From Neoechinorhynchus agilis (lineage: Eukaryota; Animalia; Acanthocephala): a stretch of DNA of 64,000 nucleotides. The stretch is taken from the NCBI GenBank assembly GCA_051530055.1, contig CM121342.1:13717480-13781479 (forward strand), given 5' to 3'. This document shows, one piece after another, positions 1-11,505 of this stretch. Below the pieces are notes generated by a model. It saw nothing but the letters and a program-made list of their open reading frames with translations. It searched no databases and was not told the origin of the DNA. Every line of letters begins with the position of its first letter. The stretch's first letter is position 1. The translations under genes were made by a program, and so were the position numbers.

Positions 1-509
1 TTTTGGCATTCCTTTTGCAATTGAGGACCAGGGTACATCTAAAAACCCAAACTATTGCATTCAATACGTCGAAAAGACAAACCTTCAACATACATTCTGA
101 CCGAATATGGCATCGTAGCTTAGATTGAATCGAAAACGGAACGTGAAAAGTTTGCCATGGTAACCAAATTAGGAATATTCATGATAAGTAGAAGAGTTTA
201 GGCCGAGGTAGTATTGATTGCAAAATTCAGCAGATATTTATTTTACCTATTTTAATTACAATGTTAAACATATGAATAATATATTTGGCATGAACTATGT
301 CTTCACAGCTGATTGATTGGGTGATCACTAAGCTACCAAGCTGTATGTTCATCGTTCTTATGCTTTCTTAAAGGTTTCCTTGAGTTGTAACTTTGTTACA
401 TTATTGATTCACTCCTTTGGTTTATAATGTTTTTCTCCTGTTCTTTGGATTCATGCCTTTGAAGAGATTGATAGTTGATTCCTTCATAAAATTATCAGTT
501 TTAATCACA

Positions 510-1008
510 TTATCGATAAGTATAAGATGACTATTTTTTTATCATACACGGCTGGATTATGGACATACAGTCCATCGATTTCTGTCTGGGAAACGCTGAT
601 CGGCGCTCAATGCCCTTGACAGTACAGTTATAAGTTTGTAAGAATCACCCCGGATCCTCAAATATCTCCCGAAAAGGCGCGACTCATCAGTGGGTTTCCC
701 CTTCCCTTCAACGAGGTATTTCGTCCCCTTCGGTTGTGGGTCATCGGCGATAATGGTTTTTGAACTCTTTGACCCTGAAATCAACGATCGCCGATGATCA
801 TCAACCGAAGGGGATGAAATACCGCTGAAGGGAGGAAACTCACTGATGAGTACCAACTCTTCGGGAGATATTTGAGGATCCTGAGGGATGTACAAACTTA
901 TAACTGTACGGTGATGAGCATTGAGCGCAGATCAGCGTCTCCGGGCCGAAATCGATCCATAATTCAGCCGTGTATGGTAAAAAATAGTCATTTTATACTT
1001 ATCGATAA
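510..1008. mobile_element. ~500-bp imperfect palindrome (foldback/MITE-like non-autonomous element)
   Basis: The left arm starts TTATCGATAAGTATAAGATGACTATTTTT (510). The right arm ends in its reverse complement at 1008. The arms pair over ~240 bp around a ~35-nt loop near 752-786. Confidence 0.8.
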
Positions 1009-2093
1009 AAGGCAATCGGCTGAGCCACGCATAAATATGTTTTAATTGCACTATTTGAAATGTATGTTGAGTTGAAATTTGAGTTAGCGGAGAAGGAAAG
1101 GCGAAATGAATCGGAATCAATTATAGCATATTTAGCTAAAGGAAGTTTTGGTGTATAAAATAAAACTTTTGAAAAAAGATGTGATGAACCGTTGATGTGA
1201 ACCTCTCGTGATTTAGCTCCACTCAAAACATTAATAAGCATGATATTTAATGTGTTAGCATTAATACTAAGGCGGGTGGCACGTTATATAATACGTTTAA
1301 ATTGTCAACGTTCTCTCTCGTCAATCGTCAACGTACAACGCTCTCTCTCGTCGTCTTCGCACATCATCGAATATTTTCTTTGTCACGCGATCAACGCCGT
1401 CACAAGATCTAACGTCGTAAACAATCGCAAACAAATCTGTGAGCGTCAACGCCGTCGCACGATCTAACGTCGTAAACACTTGCAAACAATGCCGAAACCA
1501 AAGCGCCCAACTACCAAGCTCGCCCCCTGTGACATGGACGATTGTCCTGTTGCAACTCAAATATTCGTCTCAGCTACTTGGGCAGCAGGCCGGAAATTTA
1601 TTTGCGGTTTCGGTGCAGCCGCCTTGCTCAAACCTTGTTCTCCGGTTTCCCCTCTTCCCAATAAGTACTAAAACCCTAACCGCCCCCAAACCCTAAACCC
1701 CAACCCCTTCCATCTTCAGTTTCCCCACCTTAAACCTCCTCTTCTCGCTCGCTTCACTCTTTAAATACTGTCCACCCACCCTTTGCTGTCGGCGCCCTCC
1801 ATGACTCCTCTCCACATCTTCTCCCCTCCTTAATTCTGTTCCTATCATCTCTCATACTTCTTTTCCTTCGTCCATGCACTCTAAGTCTCACTCTGCTCCA
1901 CTATTAAAACCGAACCCCCCTTTCTCCTCGACCTCATTTAAATCCTCCACCTCCTCTCTAGCACCCCGTACTGCTAGAAAAAACCATAAACCCCTACCAT
2001 CCTTCTACGATTACGTTTCAACATTAGCCCCATCAAAACCTACCAGCTTATCTTATGTACCTCGATTTTCCAGTAAAAAGCACACACTCTACC

Positions 2094-3795
2094 GTATTGT
2101 ATTGTATTGTATTGTATGCAACGGTACTTTCCTACGTTGCACCGTAGGTATAAGCCCGTCAGATAGAATTAGACTCCGCAAGGGATCTAAAATACACGAC
2201 AGCAGTCCTGTTATGCGGGCAATTCCCGTCTCTAAAAATCAGGTCATCGTATGTACGACAGTTCCCTTTGCCTTTACGATACAATGTCGTTGGCTTCCAG
2301 AAAAGAAACTGTTCACGACCTGTGGGCAAGATGCCTCGGACCGAATTATATTGCCCGTGAACTGCATTGTTGATCGCTTTATCTGACCATCTGACCTTGA
2401 ATGCCGCACGTAAGAGAGATGAATGATTTTGGTCCAACTGCCTCGTCGCCGTTGGTGATAGTGTCCAGGTCTCTGCATTGTAGTAGAGAATGCTCTCAAT
2501 TAGAGTCCTGAACAGCTGCGAACGGAGAGCATCTGGCGAAGACTCTCTGTCAAACAGTGGTTTAAGTTGCCCCATTGCTCTTCAAGCTATAGCTCTCCGT
2601 CGGCTGACATCCGCACTCACCGCAGGAACGTCAGCTCCCAGATAGACATATCGTTCTATCTGTTTTAATTGCTCAACGCCATTCGGCCCTTCGCCAGAGA
2701 CTATGCGCGACATGCGGAATCGTCAAGAATTCCGTCTTTTTCGAGTTGATGGTCAGACCAATCATACTCGCCCTCTCGCACGGTCTATTTAGCATGCGTT
2801 GATCTCCTTCGACTGTTGAGGACATTAATACGATGTCGTCGGCATATGCCATGTAGGAGGCGCGTATCTCAGGATACCTGCGACCTCTTTTCCTCAACAG
2901 AATAAATCCATCATCATTCGGTAGTGCTCATCTCATTGCCCAATCAAGCACCAAGATGAAGAGGAAAGATGCCAATGTGTCACCCTGCAGAACACTTGAA
3001 GTGGTGGAAAAGTATTCTGTCAAACCGTCAGCTGTCTTAACGGCGGACCTTGTGTTTTTATATAATGCCATAACGGATGTGACAATAATCGGCGGCACTC
3101 CATACTCCTTTAAGATACCGCCAATCATCGTTCGATTTACCGAATCGAAAGCTCGACGGAAATCAACAAATACTAGCGTCACATTCGTTTGATGAATTCG
3201 TGCCTCCTCGAGGATCCTCCTCAAAGCCAATATGTGCTCTGTGGTGCCTCGACCTTTCCTGAAGCCGTCCTGTTCAATTCTTAGAAACGGTTCGAGGATT
3301 GGATGAATTCGGCATCTCCAAATGCTGCTGAAAAGTTTTGCCGTGTTGGACATCAAGGATATACCTCTGTAGTCCTCCACCTTTGTCGAGCAGCATTTCT
3401 TGGGGATCATTGTTAAATGTGCCGTTCGCCAGATTTGATGTACTGAGCTACCATTCATTATACCATTCATTATCGGTATGATTTTTTTGGCAATAGATTC
3501 AAACCTCAGAACCTCTGCCATTATCCCACCTGGGCCTGCTGCACGTCCCGCACGCATCATTTTCGCCGCAGTGATCGCTTCCTTCACGAAAATCGGTCCA
3601 GTGAAGTATTATCTCAGTGCTTGGGACGATTGTGCCTTTTGGAAGTGCAGGACTCACTTCCAAAGACGATAATGGCGAATTGAGAATTTCCGCAAAATAA
3701 TTTGCGATTCTCTTTTTTCTGATTTCCGGGGAGGGACCTTCAATCAAAGTTGGCTGTCTTTGGGATCTTCCTGTGAGAGTGTTTATCGCTCTCCA
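2094..3795 (-). mobile_element. 5'-truncated RTE-like non-LTR retrotransposon, nested in the LINE in opposite orientation
   Basis: RT motifs YRGISL, QDGFRKGR, FVDFRRAFDSV, GVLQGDTLA-like SVLQGDTLA, YADDIVL and LYYNAETWTL in ORFs 2928-3587, 2673-2897 and 2159-2575. (TACAA)n 3' tail at 2094-2117. Confidence 0.85.
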
Positions 3796-6220
3796 TGCTA
3801 AATCCCTTTCCAATAATCTTTTATTCTAACATCCGCAGCCTCCTCCCCAAACTGGATGAGCTCCATATAGTGGCCTCTTCTTGCAACGCCGGCATCCTTG
3901 TAATTACGGAAACATGGCTCTCGCTCCATATCAAATTATCTGCCTTCCTTCCAAACTTTCAAGCTTTTCACCTCACAAGGGACTTCCGAAACGGGGGTGG
4001 CATATCGACCTTCATCCGTGCCTCTCTCCCTTACCATTGCTCTTCACCCTACCTTTTCATCTCCGACGATCTTGAATGGCTTCACATCCAACTTCATCTC
4101 CCTCTCCGCAATGGCCAACGTGATCTCTATCGCTGGCCTTTATCGCCCTCCTTCCTCAAACATCCCCAACACACTTCAACAAATAGACCACCTATTTACT
4201 TACCTAACTTCCTCTTCCTCAGATCACTTCGTCATATTGGGCGATTTTAACAAACTACCGATCCCGCCCTCGCTCTCTCATCTTTCCCAACTCCCTCCCG
4301 CCTTGATAAAATTTTCTCAAACATCAGGCAATATTCGTGCACTACCAAACTTCCCTCGATCGCCTCGTCTGACCATTGTTCCATCCTTCTCTCCCCCACA
4401 TCACCTTAAAAACGTTCCTTTTCCGAACCCTACGTTGTCTGGGATAAGTGTGATCATCATACCCACTCCTTTGCTCCATGTGTCAATTCTCTTATCACGC
4501 AAAACCGCTCTACCATCTTTGGCACCGATCCCTCGATTACAATGGGCTCCTTCTTAAATCTAATAGAATCTGCGATGAAGGCCTCCTCTCCTCGCAAAAC
4601 AATACGAATCTCGAACCGCGGCCCTCCATGGTTCTCGCCTTTTCTAAAACGCCTTCAAATCCAGGTCACCAAAGCTTTCCGGTCAGGTAATCTTGCTTAC
4701 CCCTCCCTCCACTCCACACTGACAAAACGCATCCGTATAGCCCGCAAATTGTTCCTCTCATCTCGTCTCTCGTCCGCCCCCAATCGAAACTGGTAGCGTG
4801 AAATAAAAAATGTCACTGGTCTTGGTAGATCCACCCCTTCGCATCTCTCCCCGAATCCGATCTCCTGTCAATCCTTAACTCCATGAATAAAAACCTCTGT
4901 CCTCCCCAAACCTCCCATCGATTGTCCCAACCTCCCATCTCACGTTCTGACCCGCCCATTCATACATGCCCTTCCTTAGTTTCCCCTCTCGAAATCCTAG
5001 AGATCCTTAAACGCCTGCATCGCCATTCTTCCCCTAATTCGACTATCTTAAACCGGGCCATTCGTTTCATCATCCCGGAACTTATCGATCCTCTAACGTA
5101 CATAACGAACCTTAGCTTTCTACTGGGCTCTTTCCCATCGTGTCTTAAGGAAGCCCGTGTCGTCCCCCTACCCAAAAACGATTAGCCGATTTCCTCCACA
5201 TCCTTTTGTCCCATCTCTATCCTCTCTAGAAAAATGTTTTAAAACCTGCCTACTTTTCTTCTTCCTCAAAAGCATCTCCCCTTCTCAATTCGCTTTCCGT
5301 CCCAATTGCTCTTGTTCTGATGCCCTCCTCTGCATCTACGAAACGCTTGTGCGCAGCTTAGATTCCAGTCCAGCATCAACCGTCCGTCTCGTGCAACTGG
5401 ATATTTCCAGGGCGCTCGAGTCGGTCGATCATTCCCTGCTCCTCCAATCATGTGTTTCCTTTGACCTCCCAACTTGGCAACTCGCTTGGATTTTCTCTTT
5501 CCTCTCCAACCGCGAACAACATATAAAATGGTGAGCTTCATGTTCTTCCTTTCTGCCCATATTTAAAGGGGTCCCCCAAGGCGCCGTACTTTCCCCTCTC
5601 CTCTTTGATATTTTTCTAAATGATCTCCATCCCCTCGCTCCCTCTATCAAATATTTTCTTTATGCAGATGACCTCACAGTCATTACCATCGCATCTCCCT
5701 CTCTCTCCCTCTCCACAACCATGGACGAGATCAACCATCTCATTTCCTCGCTCTCCACCCTAGGCCTCTCCCTAAATTTATCCAAATCTTTTGAGCTTCT
5801 TCTCCACATTTCCAAAAAACGCAATCTTATCCCCGCGCCTCTCCCTATCCTCAAACAACGCTCCTCTTCTCTCCGAATACTGGGTCTGATTTTACAAGAA
5901 AACCTTAAATGCGATTCCCACATTTCATTTACACTCTCCAAAGCAAACCCTCGTCTTTACCTTCTCAAACTCCTCCGGCGTCTCGGCGTATCCCCTAAAC
6001 ACCTTGCCCACTTTTATCTCTCGGCCACCCTCCCTATCCTTACATACGCCTACCCACTTTCCTCGCCCTTTCCGCCAATGCTCTCCATTCCCTCGAAACC
6101 TTCCAGAAGAGAGCAGCGAGAATATGCGGGACTTCACTCCCTCCCCTCGAAGCCCACCTCCACTCCATTTTCTCCAAGAACGCCCTCCGTCTTCTTCAAC
6201 CCCCTCCACAATTTTCTTCC

Positions 6221-6416
6221 CTAATCTCTAAATACTCGTCCCTAGTAAAAACCCGGAACCGCAACCTTTTTCATCCCCCCCCTCGCTCGTACCAAGCTCT
6301 ACCAAAAATCTTTCCTCCCTAATCTCTAAATACTCGTCCCTAGTAAAAACCCGGAACCCCAACCTTTTTCATCCCCCCCTCGCTCGTACCACCCTCTACC
6401 AAAAATCTTTCCTCCC
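6221..6416. repeat. Tandem duplication, 2 x 98 bp, at the LINE 3' end
   Basis: The unit CTAATCTCTAAATACTCGTCCC...AATCTTTCCTCCC starts at 6221 and again at 6319. Confidence 0.9.
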
Positions 6417-6944
6417 TCCAAGCCCAATCTTTCCTTAATAATCGGAGAACAAGGAAAGGCTCCCAATCGGTCATCTCCTGTACAAAGCCTCCGATCGCAC
6501 ATTAACACTCCTTCAAAGACAAGTCCCACCTCCCTTGCCTACAACATCCGTCATCCAGACAACTTCAGCAAAGATAGATGCTGGCAAGTGTGTGGATCGT
6601 GCTTTTCTTGCATTAATAAAACGTGTTTATATGTAGTAATGAGGTGTTGATAAAATTCCTTGATTTTTTAGGAGCGAAGTCGAGTTTCTTTTTATTAGAA
6701 AATAGGAAAACAAACTGTGTGCATTCAGATCGTTTTTTAAAAGATTGGGTGAAGCATATTATTTGATGAGAGATAAAATGACCGGTTTTTGCGAATTAAT
6801 AATCGAATTCGCCGGTCTTATTTTGTTTTGGGTAATTATTAAATAATTAATAACATTTTTATCTTTTGAAGTCTGGCTAGCCGATTTCGTTTTTTCTAAG
6901 TGTTGAAGGGAACATCCCTTACGCGGCTGATTATTTTCCTTGGG

Positions 6945-7090
6945 CACACGGTATACTTATATGGTCCACGAAAGCGCACATAATCACTTAGTACGGTGAA
7001 CCATACGGTAATGAGTTCTGTACATCTCTACGGGTCCTCAAATACCTCCGTAGGAGGCAGGATTCATCAGTGAGTTTCCTACCTTCTGTT
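6945..7090 (+). repeat. Partial copy of the repeat core found in the 510-1008 palindrome arms and at 25623-25737
   Basis: Shared core GGTCCTCAAATACCTCC...GATTCATCAGTGAGTTTCCTACCTTC. Confidence 0.7.
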
Positions 7091-7953
7091 TTCCTTTGCA
7101 CTTCCTATTGTGTTGTCCTGGGGTTTGGGTATCCGAATAGCAGTAGATGTTTCCCTGCCAGCTTATTTTAGATCGTACGAATGAAGCCGCAAAATAGTTC
7201 AGTTTTTCTTGGCGAGGATTACAGATTGGATGAAGATTTCGATGAGGCTGTAATCTTTCATTTGAAGATTCCGCTAGCGCGCAAGTGCCCGTCAATTGTT
7301 GCAAATAATCAATTTGGCATTCACTCATGGTAGCGAGAATTCATAACTTTGTAATTTCAGATTCTCGTGACCTGGTGGACCGAGCTCGATTGGTAGCAGT
7401 CTCGACTTCCGCTCTTTGGACCATATGATACAGGACAGCAGTTAAGTGATCCACAGCGGTGGTATGGATGCTTATAAACTCTTTTTGTTTGGGGCGTTTC
7501 ACGAAACTGGCTGATCGATCTTTTGGGAGAAGGGTTGAACAATCCGAAATCTGTGATCACGCACTCAATTGTTCACAAACATTCGGATGTGGGGGCAAAA
7601 CAAACCTTCTCAGATCCAATCATCTGCCGCTCCCCTATATTTTGCTCTCGTTTGAGGGATTTGGAAGCCAACTATTCTTTGATATTGCAGCGATAATTTT
7701 ATCTGCAAATAACGCCTGCAAAACATCTTTTGGACAGAAAAACAAGTACAGTAGAAGAAAGTCACACGACGAAATTATAAAAGTGCCAGTTGGTATTAAA
7801 AGGACAATTTTTCAGAAACTATTTTACGTTATAAAAACAATTGTCCTAAGTTTTCGATGAACTTCGCCACCATTTGTCATCGTAACTAAGGAAACAACAT
7901 TTTTTGATGCATGTAAAATCCGTATTAATTTAGAATTCGAATCTGAAGTGTTG

Positions 7954-10344
7954 ATGCAACAGTTCAACGATCCGTACATACAAAGATTGGGGTTTTATTT
8001 GCTAAGACCGACCGTGCAAAATAATGATACGGATAGAATGATTCTGGAAAAAATAAGAGCTTCAGAAAAATATCATCATGGATCTTTGTTCAACGATGTG
8101 ACTTATCCGATTAAGAGGATAAGATTCGGCAAACTGAATGAACGAATAAATGTTAATTCGATCGTATGGAAGCGCCCAGGTGAAATATGCTCTATACCTA
8201 AGCTAATTAGCCATGCCGGAAAGGTTAGAATTGGAGATATTGATGATATTGGTGTTGTAGGCGTAATGAACGCTTGTAGAAAGCGGGGAGTGCAATTCTT
8301 GGAAAATAGAGTTTTAAATAAAAACTCGTTTGATAGAGAGTATTACGGTATGTTTGCTTTCAACCTTTATTTCAACGGATCCTGGCGAATATGCTTCATC
8401 GATGATAAACTGCCTTGGTTGAAGGACAGTCAACGTAAGAGCGGATATAGGCCGCTTGGGGTTCGCAGTGAATTTGAAAATGAGTTTTGGCCCGCTCTCT
8501 TGGAAAAAGCAATGTCCAAGTTACTGGGTGGATATTCGGAATTAAGTAAAATCACTATTTCAGAAGTCTTTTCACTTTTAGTCGGCGGTCATTCGATTGA
8601 AATTTTTGGTGCTATAGAAGACGCGATTTCCATTATTAAGGAAACAGAGGAATTAAGTTTGATTGGCATCACGGGAAACGAGCGTGATGATGCAGTCGTT
8701 TATGAATTTACAGATTATTGCGGATTAAAGTTCTGTGAAAGGATATATGCATGTAGCTGTTGGGAGATTAGCGGCAAAGCATCGGCTAAAGAAAGTTGGT
8801 TTGTTTCGTTTTTACGACTTTGGTTCTCGACTATAGGAGCAAAAAGCGACTCTTTGCAAATTCTTAAATATAATGCGATGGAGCAAAAGAATATATTTCT
8901 TTTGAGGGAATTACGAAAAGTCTTCAAAAAACTCATTTTGCTTTGCTGGACTCCAAATGCCACGCTCCGAATTATAACAAAGTCCTTGTGTGAACCGGTG
9001 AAATTTACTGAAGTCATGTTAAAGGGATCGTTTGACGGACTCTATAGGCCTATGGCGATTTTCTCTATTATAAAGCGTGGAATAACTTCACTTGATGATT
9101 CCAATAAGGTTAAGATAATAGTGTCACTTTCACAGCAGAGGAAGAGGTATTGTCTAAGATCGACCGAAAAGATGTACATTTCGCTAGGTCCGCGATTTAC
9201 ATGTACTAGCCTTGATTTCTACGATTTCGTTAGACTCGCAAGTTCAAAACTTTGTATAGAAAAATGAAAGGGCGATTTTATTATTGTTTGTCGTTTCGTG
9301 ACTTCTGTCACACTGCTTCATTCAGGGTAGTTGATATTACTAACACTTCAGCAATCGTATTTGAATGAAAGGCTTTCCTCCACCTCAGTTTTAAACTTAT
9401 AGAACTTCGCATTGAAGGGATTGAATTTAGGTCAACTTCAGCAATCGTATTTGAATGAAAGGCTTTTCACCTCAGTTTTAAACTTACGGAACTTCGCTTA
9501 AAAGGGATTGAATTTAGGTCGGCCCTTGAAATTCCGTGGTTTTTAAAAATCAGACGAGATATTTAACGCCAGGGTCCATCTAAGGTTGACTTTATATTAG
9601 ATATTAATTTAATGGCTCATCTGCATGTAAATCATTGGCATTGGTCTTCGATTGTTCCAAATCAATGTATCGCCATGTCGAAATTATCCACATCGCATTA
9701 TTTATTCGTTTATAAAGGACGACGCAGGCGTTGAATTAGTTCGTACGTTCAATTTAACACACGGGACTTATATGATAGAACCTTGGACGCAGGATTACAA
9801 ACATAGTAGAGATTTTTACCTTAGGGTTTTCCATGAGAGCAATGACGAATATGAAATTGTTTTTGGAATCGATAAAGGGACTGGAAATGTATTTTCGGAC
9901 ATAATGTTATCGGTGACACCTTATGCAGCGGGATTGCGGCGTTCAATTTTAGGAGAAGAAGGTGCTGATCGCATTAGGGAAATATTTTTGTCGCGCAGCA
10001 AGGATGTAATTGGACATAATGAACAGGATGTCAATTGGGGTTTATTCTGCACCACTGGACCAAAGCGTTCATTGGACGAACACTTTGGGCAAATAAGGTT
10101 TTACAGCTCACGGAAACGTGATGGAGAAAGCAAGAACGAAACGGTGAACCAAATGTGCGTGCAGCTACCAAGAGATGGTGACAGTGGGCATTCCTCGCAA
10201 TCGATATCTAGAAATATTGACGCTTTTCGAAGAGAATTGGAAATAATGGAGCGAACGGAAGCCCTTTCGAAACTATATGAATCACGTGTACTGAGAAGTT
10301 CGTTGTCGGCTCCAACACTAGATTATTGTTCTTCGCATTCCTAA
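7954..10344 (+). CDS. Calpain-like protein (CysPc + domain III), probably catalytically inactive; spliced, boundaries approximate
   Basis: Motifs WKRPGEI, GSWRICFIDDKLP and EFWPALLEKAMSKLLGGY in the long first ORF. The domain III end GTYMIEPWTQ...DFYLRVF lies in the 9652-10344 ORF. The intron junction near 9200-9650 and the start codon are unresolved. Confidence 0.75.
9345..9520. repeat. Tandem duplication, 2 x ~90 bp, in the calpain intron
   Basis: ACTTCAGCAATCGTATTTGAATGAAAGGC... starts at 9345 and at 9435. Confidence 0.9.
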
Positions 10345-11505
10345 TGAACGTTAGAGTTACACCGTTTTACAGTTACCTTCCGAATCACATAATTTGTATC
10401 TTAATATGTAAGTTTAAAAAGAATTAAGCAGCCCTTAAGTGCTGTGTCTTCTTTATCCAGCGAAATCGAAATAAAAGATCTGGGCAGTAATCTAGGCTTA
10501 CAATGGAGTGAAAAAATAAGCGTTTAATACATGAGTATCAACTTATCATTCACACCACTGTGACTTTTTCGAGCTCAATGGGCACTAAATGCGTTTTTTT
10601 TATAAAATGCAATATAAAACGACTAACTTCAGCTCTTAATTGAGTGGATGTAAATATTTTTTGTTAATCGCAAATAATTACTTAAACGGTCAATATAATT
10701 TTATAACATTTCTAATTTCTTCAAGGTGACATTTTGCTAGAAGGACGTTGCCACAATGTTCGTAAGGCGCTGAATTGCTTGAAAATTTTGAACAAAATCA
10801 AATACAGTGGTTTTTCACATTTTAGTTTCATTGGGACGAAAAGATGTTTCCAACAAGATTATTCCGGCAGCACATGGGTTCCTCTGAAAGCTGAATAAGC
10901 AAAAATCTTATGCAAGTCGTGTTATACGATTCCTGAATAATAATACTCTTACCCTACGGAACTTTCCCAGCATGTCCGCGTCGCTTACGTCTAGAAAGCA
11001 TAATTCCTCATTTGAAAAGGCCTTGCTGTCATGAAAGGCAATACATTTTTATAACGTTGAATATTTAAATCGCGCTTTCATTCAAGTTTAAAGTTCAAAA
11101 ATTCTACATTAAAAATGTCATATGGGAACTCAAGCAGGTGCACCTTTGGGATGCATCTAAACGACCACATCTTGAGTCAATATGAATAGTTCTAATTCCC
11201 AATACTGGAAGCTCAATCCATCGCAATTTTCGTTGGTATTACTGTGTCTAGGCGAAAAAATTATGCATGAGGGATATGCGCCGAACGCACTAATTCACAT
11301 TAAAAGCTACTGGAATTGTTCACGAGTATGGTCTAAAAATACTATCTAGCATTTTTAAGAACCACTTTGGAGAACAAAATGCAACACATGAGTGGTGTGA
11401 TATTACATATTTTAACCCGGGGCAATAAGCTCTTAAATGACATCGTTTAGGGAACTATAAATTGGGTTCCGGTAAGGAATCCGAACTTTCCAAAAGCGCT
11501 TCAAA

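Larger units (their letters stand above)
1300..6540 (+). mobile_element. Degenerate CR1/L2-like LINE (5' micro-repeats, ORF1 remnant, APE-RT ORF2), interrupted by an RTE-like element
   Basis: TCAACG(T)CTCTCTC repeats at ~1303-1350. Cys-rich ORF1-like start at 1480. ORF2 motifs YSNIRSL, ITETWL, GLYRPP, ILGDFN, QFAFRP, LDISRALESVDH, GVPQGAVLSPLLF, YADD and the 3' motif PLARTKLYQKSFLP are spread over several frames. Confidence 0.8.

Noticed and set aside
1669-1707. Telomere-like CCCTAA/CCCTAAA motifs
   Set aside because: Only two or three degenerate units, inside the C-rich sense strand of a LINE.
9265-9330. Possible TGA readthrough at the end of the first calpain ORF
   Set aside because: The region is more simply intronic or mis-resolved, and the downstream frame closes again within ~20 codons.
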